A stretch of 64,000 nucleotides of DNA from assembly GCA_947642475.1 (NCBI GenBank), contig CANRSQ010000001.1, positions 3,991 to 67,990 on the forward strand. The letters run 5' to 3'. This document shows positions 9,782 to 18,080 of the stretch, one piece after another (positions within the stretch are counted from its first letter, which is position 1; each line of letters starts with the position of its first letter). The stretch comes from an uncultured Mycoplasmatota bacterium (GTDB lineage: Bacteria > Bacillota_I > Bacilli_A > RF39 > UBA660). The position numbers and the translations under genes are program-made. The notes under the pieces are model-generated. The model was not told where the DNA came from. It made no database searches and worked only from the letters and a program-made list of their open reading frames with translations.

Positions 9782-10474
9782 TTATTCCTCCTCACAGTCG
9801 CAGTTTTCACAGTGGCAGTCTTCACACTCACATTGATGAGAGGCGATTTCTACGCCACTACTTGTTCCTAGTCTAGTGGCTCCTGCTTTTATTAATTCTT
9901 CTGCTTGTTTTCTGGTTTTAATTCCACCTGATGCTTTTATTTCTAAAACTTCGTTTTTGTTTTTATTTATTATTTTTACGTCTTCTACTGATGCTCCTCT
10001 ACTTCCAAAACCGGTTGATGTTTTAATGAAGTTTACGAATGTTTCGTTGCATATTTCGGTCATTTTTTTGATTTCTTCTTTGGTTAAAAGTGATGTTTCG
10101 ATAATAACTTTTAATGTTTTACCATCGATAGAGTCTCTTATTTCTTCGATTTCTGATTTTACATAGTCATAGTCTTTATCTTTTAAAGCTCCTACGTTTA
10201 TTACCATATCTATTTCGTCTACACCATTTTCTATGGCATCTATGGCTTCAAAGGCTTTTGTTTTTGGGGTATTCATTCCTAATGGGAATCCGATTACTGT
10301 ACATACTCCTACATTTGAATCTTCTAGCAATTCTTTTGCGAGCGTAACATAGCATGGATGAACACAAACGGTTTCAAAGTTATATTCCATAGCCTCTTTA
10401 CATAATTTAGCGATGTCTTCACTTGTGGCATCCATTTTTAGATTTGTGTGGTCAATATATTTGTTTATTTCCAT
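9782..10474 (-). CDS. deoC: Deoxyribose-phosphate aldolase with Cys/His-rich C-terminal tail
   Basis: IDHTNLK, KVIIETSLL and FIKTSTGF DeoC motifs. Extra C-terminal SHQCECEDCHCENCDCEEE. Its stop abuts the tyrS start. Confidence 0.8.
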   Translation of the reverse strand: MEINKYIDHTNLKMDATSEDIAKLCKEAMEYNFETVCVHPCYVTLAKELLEDSNVGVCTVIGFPLGMNTPKTKAFEAIDAIENGVDEIDMVINVGALKDKDYDYVKSEIEEIRDSIDGKTLKVIIETSLLTKEEIKKMTEICNETFVNFIKTSTGFGSRGASVEDVKIINKNKNEVLEIKASGGIKTRKQAEELIKAGATRLGTSSGVEIASHQCECEDCHCENCDCEEE

Positions 10475-10479
10475 ATTTA

Positions 10480-10700
10480 TTCCTCCTTTTTTAATAAAAA
10501 AATACTATGAATGTAAGGACGTTTTGAACGTGGTACCACCTTACTTCCATAGTATTCTATGCTTATTATCTGTTAACGGAGATTAACCGTTTTGACTCCA
10601 AATATGTATTTCATTAATTAATCTTGGTTAGCTTTCATCATCCGCTAACTTTCTAATTACTAATTAATTAATTACTGGGTATTTTTCTTCATCAATTAAT
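10480..10700 (-). promoter_or_regulatory. T-box riboswitch leader upstream of deoC-tyrS
   Basis: Minus strand reads GGAAGUAAGGUGGUACCACG, a T-box consensus-like sequence, followed by a terminator hairpin (GGAAGTAAGG...CCTTAC) and a U-run directly upstream of the deoC RBS. Confidence 0.7.
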
Positions 10701-10703
10701 AAA

Positions 10704-10732
10704 ACTATAACATAACTAGTTTGTTTCGTCAA
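10704..10732 (-). promoter_or_regulatory. Promoter TTGACG-17-TATAGT driving the T-box leader
   Basis: Hexamers read on the minus strand. The -35 overlaps the toxN stop codon. Confidence 0.55.
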
Positions 10733-11247
10733 CTTTTTATTGTTAAATTATTATACTCATTGCATTTTTCTTCTAGCAATTTAAAATTGCAACATCTATC
10801 CATAATATTTTTATTTAGTTTTCCACAATTATACAAATCGTATAATTTTTTTGATTTATTCTTTATTGACTTATAATTTTCATTAAGCCATAGACGTTGT
10901 TCTTCTAATAATTTAATATATTTTCTTTCTAAATTATTAATACTTATTTTATCTAAATCTAGTAGTTTATAGTTACTAGGCATGACTGGTATCATATTAT
11001 TAAAATTTACTGCTCCTAATTCACCATTTTTTATTTTTAAAAAGTCCAGTGTGTTTTTCATTTTCAGGTGCTTAGGCTTTGGACTTGTTAGTGGTGCGAA
11101 ATATTCATATTTTCCAATATTAAACAAAACTCCTATAAATGGTCTTAAGTCTTTCTCATTTTTGTTGTAGGCTACCTTTTTATCATACTTTCTTAAATAA
11201 TCACAATATTCTGCATTAACTTTTACAATTTTTAAATTTAATATCAT
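10729..11247 (-). CDS. toxN: ToxN/AbiQ-family type III toxin (endoribonuclease)
   Basis: FIGVLFNIGKYEYFAPLTSPKPKH aligns to the ToxN FIGIVLEIQGHKYLAPLTSPKKWH core. NMIPVM, LLDLD and CNFKLLEEK also align. The GGGGGA RBS favours the third Met (11247). Confidence 0.8.
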   Translation of the reverse strand: MILNLKIVKVNAEYCDYLRKYDKKVAYNKNEKDLRPFIGVLFNIGKYEYFAPLTSPKPKHLKMKNTLDFLKIKNGELGAVNFNNMIPVMPSNYKLLDLDKISINNLERKYIKLLEEQRLWLNENYKSIKNKSKKLYDLYNCGKLNKNIMDRCCNFKLLEEKCNEYNNLTIKS

Positions 11248-11321
11248 TTCCATTCCCCCTTACCGCTATATTTACTACATGTTAATTATATAATTATTCA
11301 TTACACTTGTCAATTGCTTTT

Positions 11322-11362
11322 TGTTAATTTAAAAGAAAAGACTAGAGTTTAGTCTCTAGTCT
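11322..11362 (-). terminator. Rho-independent terminator between the RNA repeats and toxN
   Basis: AGACTAGAG / CTCTAGTCT stem followed by TTTTCTTTT on the minus strand. This matches the ToxIN arrangement. Confidence 0.65.
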
Positions 11363-11370
11363 ACTTTTTT

Positions 11371-11479
11371 AACTCCCAATTTAATGGCTGGGTTCACCGC
11401 TTTTTTAAGTCCCGATTTAATGGCTGGGTTCACCGCTTTTTTAAGTCCCGATTTTACGGCTGGGTTCACCGCTTTTTTT
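11371..11479 (-). ncRNA. toxI: ToxI-like antitoxin RNA: three tandem 36-nt repeats
   Basis: Units AAGTCCCGATTTAATGGCTGGGTTCACCGCTTTTTT x3 with minor variants, directly upstream of the terminator and toxN on the same strand. Confidence 0.75.
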
Positions 11480-11534
11480 ATGCATAATAATTTATGCACT
11501 TATAGTGTACTAATATTTGGGCAAAAAGTCAATT

Positions 11535-11978
11535 TTATTTTTTAAATATTATTAATTTACTTAGTATATAATTCATAGCCACAACGACAAATTGAACGAT
11601 TATTTTGGCTATTGTATCATTTATGTGCATTAAACTATACATGATATACATCATGGCCATATCGACTAATAATGAAGCGATTCTAGCTGATACGAAATTA
11701 AATATTTCTTTTATTTGCATTTTTCCTTTGGTTTTACTTTTGAAAACCCATATTCTATTTGTTATATAGGCAAAAGCAACAGCGCATATCCATGAAAGGA
11801 TATTGGCAATTTGAATATCTAGGTCGGTTTTTTGTGGGAAAAGTATATTAGCAAAGAAAATATATGTCCCAAAAGAAACTACGGTTGTTAAAACGCCAAA
11901 GAATAAATAACTGATTATTTCTTCATATTTTTTATATAGTTTTTTTATTTTGTTTATCATTGTTTTTTCCCTTTTCAT
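11535..11978 (-). CDS. GtrA-family membrane protein (polysaccharide-lipid flippase-like)
   Basis: About 140 aa with 4 TM helices and a GtrA-like profile. Overlaps the GT2 gene end. Confidence 0.65.
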   Translation of the reverse strand: MKREKTMINKIKKLYKKYEEIISYLFFGVLTTVVSFGTYIFFANILFPQKTDLDIQIANILSWICAVAFAYITNRIWVFKSKTKGKMQIKEIFNFVSARIASLLVDMAMMYIMYSLMHINDTIAKIIVQFVVVAMNYILSKLIIFKK

Positions 11979-12903
11979 TTGTTAGTATTTCTCTTGTAAT
12001 ATAGACTGGTCTATTTTTTGTTTCAACGTAAGTTCGCGCTAGATATTCACCGATAATTCCAATACTTAATAATTGGACACCACCTAATAATAGGATAAGG
12101 GTTACGATGGTTGCATAACCTTCGGTATCGATTCCATAAAATATTTTTTCTATTAGGACTACTACTAAATATATTAATGAAAGTAATGAAACTATTATAC
12201 CTAAAATTGTTGCAAATCTAAGTGGAACAGTTGTGAATGAAACGATTCCTTCGATAGCGTATTTAAATAATTTATAAAATGACCATTTTGAGGTTCCATC
12301 ATTACGAGCCTCTACATCATAAGTCATATAACAGTTATTGAATCCTACCCATGAGAAAATTCCTTTTGAGAAACGATAGTATTCTTGCATTTCTAATATT
12401 GCATCTACCATGTTTCTTCTGAATGTTCTAAAGTCACTGGCACCCATAACAAATTCTGTTTCAGACATTCCGTTTATTATTTTATAGAATTTATTTTTAA
12501 AGAATGTTAAAACTTTACTTTCTTTTCTTCGTTCTTGATAGGCAACTACTGAATCATATTCTTGATTTTCATCTAAGATTTCTACCATTTTTACAACGTA
12601 ATCTGGTCTTTGTTGTAAATCGGCATCGATGATTGTTACATAATCTCCTTGGGCTTCTTTTAATCCAGCATATATTCCGGCTTCTTTACCAAAGTTTCTA
12701 GAAAAATTGATTATTTTAATATTTTGATCTGTTTCTTCTAATAATTCTTTTAATTTTCCTATTGTATTATCTTTACTACCATCATTTATGAAAATTATTT
12801 CGTAATCTTGTATTTGATTTTTAAATGTGTTTTTTACTGTTTCTGCGAAAAGTTTTACATTTCCTTCTTCATTATAACAAGGAACTACTAATGATAACTT
12901 CAT
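11932..12903 (-). CDS. Polyprenyl-phosphate glycosyltransferase (GT2, GtrB/CsbB-like)
   Basis: VVPCYNEE...INDGSKDNT GT2 motifs plus two C-terminal TM helices. Confidence 0.8.
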   Translation of the reverse strand: MKLSLVVPCYNEEGNVKLFAETVKNTFKNQIQDYEIIFINDGSKDNTIGKLKELLEETDQNIKIINFSRNFGKEAGIYAGLKEAQGDYVTIIDADLQQRPDYVVKMVEILDENQEYDSVVAYQERRKESKVLTFFKNKFYKIINGMSETEFVMGASDFRTFRRNMVDAILEMQEYYRFSKGIFSWVGFNNCYMTYDVEARNDGTSKWSFYKLFKYAIEGIVSFTTVPLRFATILGIIVSLLSLIYLVVVLIEKIFYGIDTEGYATIVTLILLLGGVQLLSIGIIGEYLARTYVETKNRPVYITREILTNEKGKNNDKQNKKTI

Positions 12904-12954
12904 ACTATACCTCTTTCTGCCGATTATTATATCATTTATATTTCAAGTTGTAAA

Positions 12955-12987
12955 TTGAAAAATAAAAACCAATTAGTCATTGGTTTT
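12955..12987 (-). terminator. Terminator after pilin gene
   Basis: AAAACCAAT / ATTGGTTTT hairpin overlapping the stop, followed by a T-run on the minus strand. Confidence 0.55.
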
Positions 12988-13357
12988 ATGAACAAACACT
13001 TCCGTATTCATATTTATACTGTTTATATTCTTCATCGTAGGTTATTTTTACACAGCCTTTCATTTGGCTATTGTCTCTTGGATCGATTATTTCTTTATTA
13101 CTGGCTAAATAGCCATTTTGTTTTAGAAAATCTACTGATTTATATGTTGTTGTTTTGTTTAGCTCTGCGCTATTGTCTGCGGCCCATCTTTTAGCAGCGT
13201 GTTCTATCGTTCTTACTTGTTCATTATATGTCTTTTCTTTTGAATCATCTATTGAATCTTGTATAAATGGAAAGGCGATTGCGGCAATGATTGCAAGAAT
13301 GACTATTACGGCAAGTAATTCCACTAGTGTGAATCCTTTTTTATTCATTTTATTCAC
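12986..13357 (-). CDS. Type IV pilin / pseudopilin (ComGC-like)
   Basis: Prepilin leader KKGFTLVELLAVIVILAIIA (class III signal with a conserved Glu after the cleavage site). Confidence 0.75.
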   Translation of the reverse strand: MNKMNKKGFTLVELLAVIVILAIIAAIAFPFIQDSIDDSKEKTYNEQVRTIEHAAKRWAADNSAELNKTTTYKSVDFLKQNGYLASNKEIIDPRDNSQMKGCVKITYDEEYKQYKYEYGSVCS

Positions 13358-13431
13358 TCTCCTATTATCTACATTTTACACCATATGGTATTTTTTATCA
13401 AGAACTTGTGTTTTTATAAAACAAAAAAGCC

Positions 13432-13773
13432 TTATTCGGCTTCTTTGATTTCTTTTAATTTTTCTTCAATTCTTTTTCCATATTCAATAGATTCATCGTA
13501 AACGAATCTTAATTCTGGAATTTGTCTAATGTCTACTCTATCTCTAAGTTCATGTCTTATGAAACCGCCGGCACTTTTTAGGGCTTTTTCTGTTTCGGTT
13601 ATTTTTGTTTCATCTAAGACTGTAAAATATATTTTAGCAAAACTTAAATCGTTTGATACTTCGGCATCGGTTATGGTGACAAAGTTTATGTCTTTGTTTT
13701 TTACTTCTGTTTTTATGATGTAGCTTATTTGTTCGATAAGGCTATCGGCTACTCTTTCGGATTTAATGCTCAT
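13432..13773 (-). CDS. rbfA: Ribosome-binding factor A
   Basis: RbfA KH-like profile. 113 aa. Downstream of infB. Confidence 0.85.
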   Translation of the reverse strand: MSIKSERVADSLIEQISYIIKTEVKNKDINFVTITDAEVSNDLSFAKIYFTVLDETKITETEKALKSAGGFIRHELRDRVDIRQIPELRFVYDESIEYGKRIEEKLKEIKEAE

Positions 13774-13810
13774 TTTATCCCTCTTTTCTGTTTTTATTAT
13801 ATCAGAGATA

Positions 13811-13836
13811 AGAAAAAAAAGCGAGATTATCGCTTA
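13811..13836 (-). terminator. Attenuating terminator between infB and rbfA
   Basis: AAGCGA / TCGCTT hairpin followed by T8. Confidence 0.55.
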
Positions 13837-15887
13837 ATTTCTACCATTTCATATGATTCTATAATATCGCCTGGTTTGATGTCGTTAAAGTTTTCGATTG
13901 TGATTCCACATTCTAAGCCTTTTTTAACTTCTTTGACAGAATCTTTTTCTCTTTGTAGTGAACCTACTTCACCATCGTAGATTACTACTCCGTCTCTAAT
14001 GATTCTGGCTTTACTATTTCTAGTAATTACGCCGTCTGTAACTAATGAACCGGCAATGTTTCCAACTTTTGAGAATTTAAATATTTGTTTAATTTCGGCA
14101 TTTCCTAGAATTTTTTCTTCGAATTCTGGGTCTAACATACCTTTCATTGCGGCTTCCATTTCTTCTACTACTTTATATATAATGTCATATAGTCTTATTT
14201 CTACGCCTTCTTCTTTGGCTTTATCTTTTATATTGTTTGATGGTCTAACGTTAAAGCCAATTATGATGGCGTTTGATGCGTTTGCAAGAACGATATCACT
14301 TTCGGTAATGGCTCCAACACCACTACGGATTATATTTACTCTAACGCCTTCTACATCTATTTTGTTTAATGAATTTTTTACGGCTTCTGCACTTCCGTTT
14401 ACGTCGGTTTTTAGAATTACGTTAATTTCTTTTAATCCTTCTCCTATTTTAGAAAATAGGTCATCTAATGATACGGAAGCTTTTTTATGATTTTCTTTTA
14501 ATCTAGCTTTGGTTTTTCTTTCTTCGGCTATACTTCTTGCTTGTTTTTCTGATTCAAAGGCCATGAATTTATCTCCAGCACTTGGAACTTCACTGATTCC
14601 TGTAATTTCAACTGGTCTTGATGGTCCAGCTTCGGTAATTTCTTCGCCTTTATCATTTTTAAGGGTTCTGATTTTACCAAATGATGTTCCAACAACAACT
14701 GGATCTCCTAGTCTTAGAGTTCCGTTTTGAACTAAAACTGTTACTATTGAACCTACTTGTTTACTTAATCTTGATTCTACTACTGTTCCAATTGCATATC
14801 TATTTGGGTTTGCTTTGAATTCATTCATATCTGAGATTAATAAGATATTTTCTAATAGGTCGTTAATGCCTTCGCCTGTTGCGGCTGATATTTTTGTGAA
14901 GATTGTGTCGCCGCCCCATTCTTCTGGCATTAATCCATATTCACCAAGTTCAGTCATTACTCTATCTGGATTAGCTTCCGGTTTATCCATTTTATTTATA
15001 GCAACGATTATTGGAACACCTGCAGCTTTTGCATGATCGATTGCTTCTTTGGTTTGTGGCATTACACCATCATCAGCAGCAACTATAATGATAACTATAT
15101 CGGTTATACTTGCGCCTCTGGCACGCATTTCAGTGAAAGCGGCGTGTCCTGGTGTATCGATAAAGGTAATTAGTCTATCGTCACATTTTACTTGGTAAGC
15201 TGATATAGCCTGCGTAATTCCTCCGGCTTCGGTTGATACAACATCGGTTCTTCTGATTGCGTCTAATAATGTTGTTTTTCCGTGGTCAACGTGTCCCATT
15301 ATAGTAACGACTGGGGGTCTTACTTCTAGATCTTCTTCATTATCGATTACTTCGTATTCTTCGAAGTTTGTAATGTCAGCATTTTCTTCTCTTTTTAGTT
15401 CTTTTCCATAATCAACGATTAAAATTTCTGCGTTTTCAAAGGAAATTGGACTGTTGATATTAACCATAAGTCCTAAAGCGAATAACTTTTTGATTATTTC
15501 GGCACCCTGCACTCCTAGTTCTTCTGCTAGTGAACCAATTGTCATATTTTCTTTGTATAAAACAATATTTTCATTTATGGCATTTCCACTAAGTTTTTCT
15601 TTGTTTTTATACATTTCTTTTTTCTTTTTAGCTAAATCTTCTTTATTTTCTTTTTCCTTTTTTTCTTTTTTGGCTTTTTTTGCAGGTGTTTTTTGTTTTA
15701 CAACTTTTTCTTCATAAGCTTCTTCAATTTCTTCGTCGGTTTCTAGATTATTATCTAGCATTACTATGGCGTCTTCGTCTAGTAAATCTTCTTCTGTTTG
15801 AACGTCAATATTTAGTTCTTTACATTTTTCTAATACCCATTCTACTGTTCTATTAACGTCCTGTGCATATTCTAGTACACTCATCAT
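13827..15887 (-). CDS. infB: Translation initiation factor IF-2
   Basis: [13 protein letters not shown]-domain. 686 aa. Confidence 0.95.
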   Translation of the reverse strand: MMSVLEYAQDVNRTVEWVLEKCKELNIDVQTEEDLLDEDAIVMLDNNLETDEEIEEAYEEKVVKQKTPAKKAKKEKKEKENKEDLAKKKKEMYKNKEKLSGNAINENIVLYKENMTIGSLAEELGVQGAEIIKKLFALGLMVNINSPISFENAEILIVDYGKELKREENADITNFEEYEVIDNEEDLEVRPPVVTIMGHVDHGKTTLLDAIRRTDVVSTEAGGITQAISAYQVKCDDRLITFIDTPGHAAFTEMRARGASITDIVIIIVAADDGVMPQTKEAIDHAKAAGVPIIVAINKMDKPEANPDRVMTELGEYGLMPEEWGGDTIFTKISAATGEGINDLLENILLISDMNEFKANPNRYAIGTVVESRLSKQVGSIVTVLVQNGTLRLGDPVVVGTSFGKIRTLKNDKGEEITEAGPSRPVEITGISEVPSAGDKFMAFESEKQARSIAEERKTKARLKENHKKASVSLDDLFSKIGEGLKEINVILKTDVNGSAEAVKNSLNKIDVEGVRVNIIRSGVGAITESDIVLANASNAIIIGFNVRPSNNIKDKAKEEGVEIRLYDIIYKVVEEMEAAMKGMLDPEFEEKILGNAEIKQIFKFSKVGNIAGSLVTDGVITRNSKARIIRDGVVIYDGEVGSLQREKDSVKEVKKGLECGITIENFNDIKPGDIIESYEMVEIKR

Positions 15888-15908
15888 AGCTTTAGCACCT
15901 CTTTTCTA

Positions 15909-16166
15909 TTATTTTAATATTTGTTTTAAATCTTCAAACACTTTATCGTTTACTTCTGTTTCTAAGACTTTATTTAGAATTTTTGTTTTTTGTGCCTTTT
16001 CAAAAACTTCTAAGTCTTTTTTTAGATATGCCCCTCTACCGTTTTGCTTTCCTGTCTTATCGACAATTACTCCTTCTTCGGTTTTGACTACTCTAATAAG
16101 TTCACCTTTTGGCCATTTTTCTCTTGTGACTACGCACATACGCATAGGAATTTTTCTTTGTTTCAT
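15909..16166 (-). CDS. ylxR: YlxR-family (DUF448) RNA-binding protein
   Basis: MRMCVVTREK...GRGAYL motif. Lies between nusA and infB. Confidence 0.8.
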   Translation of the reverse strand: MKQRKIPMRMCVVTREKWPKGELIRVVKTEEGVIVDKTGKQNGRGAYLKKDLEVFEKAQKTKILNKVLETEVNDKVFEDLKQILK

Positions 16167-17314
16167 TAAGCTATATTGATTCCCATTTCTTTGGCTTCCT
16201 CTGTTGTTTTGATGTCTAATTTATGGTGTGTAAGTCTTGATGCTAGGCGAACGTTTAGTCCTTTTTTACCAATAGCAAGTGATAGATTATCATCATCAAC
16301 TACTATTAGTGCTTCTTTTTTCTTTTCATCTGTTATAAAGATATGAAGATCTTTAGCTGGACTTAAAGCATTTTCGATAAATCTTGCTTCGTCGTTATCA
16401 TAAGGAACTATATCAATTTTTTCTCCGTTTAATTCTTCGATTATACGGTTAATTCTGCTTCCTCTTTCTCCAATACAAGCTCCTACTGGGTCAACGTTTG
16501 GATTTTCTGAATAAACGGCGATTTTTGTACGGTTTCCAGCTTCTCTAGCTACGCTGTAAACTAGGATAATTCCTTCGTTTATTTCTGGGATTTCTAATTC
16601 GAATAGTCTTTTTACAAATCCATAATGATTTCTTGAAAGTAAGATAAGTGGTCCTTTTGAGTTATTTTCTACTTTACTGATGTATACTTTGATGCTTGAA
16701 CCCATTTTTATTGTTTCACCTGGAATTGTTTCTGATTTTGGTAAAATGCCTTGTGTTCTTCCTAAATCGATATAGTAATTTCTTACGTCTTCCATGGCTA
16801 CTGTTCCTACAACCATTTCATCTTTTTTGTCTTCGAATTCATTATTGATGATTTCTCTTTCAGCTTCTCTTATTTTTTGAACTACTACTTGTTTTGCGGT
16901 AGCGGCAGCAACTCTTCCGAAATCTTTTGGGGTTACTTCTTCTTCGATTGTTTCTCCAATTTGGATATCTTTAACTATTTTTCTTGCTTCTTCTAAAGTT
17001 ATATGAATACGGTCATCAAAGTAGTAGTCTTTTTCTACTTCTTCTTCGTTTCCATCTTCATCGGTGATGATTTCGGTTTCGTATTTTCCTTCTTCTTTTT
17101 CCCATTCTTCATCAAAAACTACTGTTTTGTAAGAGAAAATTTTGATGTCGCCTGTTTCTTTATTAATATCTACTCTTACGTTGGATAATGAATGATAATT
17201 TTTTTTGTATGCAGATGTTAAAGCAAGTGTCATTGCTTCATATATTGTTTCTTTATCGATGCCTTTTTCTTCTGATAAAGCATCAACGGCTTTTTTGAAT
17301 TCTTTTCCGTTCAT
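16166..17314 (-). CDS. nusA: Transcription termination/antitermination factor NusA
   Basis: S1 and KH domains. 382 aa. Conserved operon position. Confidence 0.95.
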   Translation of the reverse strand: MNGKEFKKAVDALSEEKGIDKETIYEAMTLALTSAYKKNYHSLSNVRVDINKETGDIKIFSYKTVVFDEEWEKEEGKYETEIITDEDGNEEEVEKDYYFDDRIHITLEEARKIVKDIQIGETIEEEVTPKDFGRVAAATAKQVVVQKIREAEREIINNEFEDKKDEMVVGTVAMEDVRNYYIDLGRTQGILPKSETIPGETIKMGSSIKVYISKVENNSKGPLILLSRNHYGFVKRLFELEIPEINEGIILVYSVAREAGNRTKIAVYSENPNVDPVGACIGERGSRINRIIEELNGEKIDIVPYDNDEARFIENALSPAKDLHIFITDEKKKEALIVVDDDNLSLAIGKKGLNVRLASRLTHHKLDIKTTEEAKEMGINIA

Positions 17315-17318
17315 TATT

Positions 17319-17567
17319 TTACCTTCCTTTCTCTTTTGAACATACGTCTAATACGTAACTGTCGCTTATTAAATCAGCTTCATCTAAAAGTGGATTTACG
17401 ATTTTATTTACGGCTAAGCAATCATTTATGGTTATATAACCTTCTTTATCAATTACTAGCATTAGGGTATATGTTTTCCCTTCTTTGGTATAAACTACTT
17501 CGTCTAGTATGTATCCAGCTTCTTCGATAGGGCTTTGTAATAAGTCTCTCACTTTTTCTTCAATCAT
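17319..17567 (-). CDS. rimP: Ribosome maturation factor RimP, N-terminal-domain-only (82 aa)
   Basis: RimP N-domain similarity. The ORF ends 4 nt before the nusA start. About half the usual length. Confidence 0.65.
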   Translation of the reverse strand: MIEEKVRDLLQSPIEEAGYILDEVVYTKEGKTYTLMLVIDKEGYITINDCLAVNKIVNPLLDEADLISDSYVLDVCSKEKGR

Positions 17568-17859
17568 TTTTTCCTCCTACTACATTAAAGAGTGGGATAT
17601 CCCACTCTTCTTGCTTTTTTCATGAAGTCAACTACATTATACCACAATTATATGTGTTTTGCCTAGTGCTTATGATAAATTATTTTTTTATGACAAAAAT
17701 GGCAAATCTGCGCTTAAAAATATGCAGAAAAGGGAATTTTGTAAAAAGCATTGACTTGTTTGAACAGTTAATATATATTAATACCCATGGAAATATTGTA
17801 ACCGCTATTGGTGCTTGTCTTTTATTTTTCAGGGGGTTCCTGGGAGGGAGGCGGTGTTT

Positions 17860-17940
17860 ATGAGTAAGAAAGATTTTTTAATCGTAGTATTACTTATAAT
17901 CATTATTTTGTTAATTAGTCTTCTCTGGAAGTTTATTTAA
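17860..17940 (+). CDS. 26-aa hydrophobic peptide MSKKDFLIVVLLIIIILLISLLWKFI
   Basis: GGGAGG RBS 7 nt upstream of the ATG. TTGACT-17-TATATT promoter at 17751-17779. Terminator hairpin immediately downstream. Confidence 0.4.
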   Translation: MSKKDFLIVVLLIIIILLISLLWKFI

Positions 17941-17974
17941 TAAAAAAAGGCACCTAAGTCTAAGACTTAAGTGC
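17941..17974 (-). terminator. Terminator for the LCP gene (hairpin also closes the small ORF)
   Basis: GCACCTAAGTC / GACTTAAGTGC stem preceded by A7 on plus (T7 on minus). Confidence 0.6.
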
Positions 17975-18080
17975 TTAACGAAAAATTCGGCAAGCATTGA
18001 TATGTTACAATGTTTCCCTTTTTTATGAGGAAATTCCTCACTAAATATAATATATCATATTTATTAATTTATTACAATGT

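Noticed and set aside
11371-11479. Considered whether the tandem repeats are a small CRISPR array
   Set aside because: The units abut directly with no spacers. There are only three copies and no cas genes. The context (terminator plus ToxN-like gene) fits a type III antitoxin RNA.
12955-13448. Plus-strand ORFs 12955..13194 and 13155..13448 overlapping the pilin gene region
   Set aside because: Antisense to a gene with a clear prepilin signal. No RBS.
13999-15717. Several plus-strand ORFs (13999..14490, 14509..14730, 14815..15036, 15454..15717) inside infB
   Set aside because: Antisense to the universally conserved IF-2 gene. No translation signals.
17654-17863. 69-aa ORF in the rimP-LCP intergenic region
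   Set aside because: It has no RBS and spans the predicted promoter and leader. The downstream 26-aa peptide with a strong SD explains the region better.
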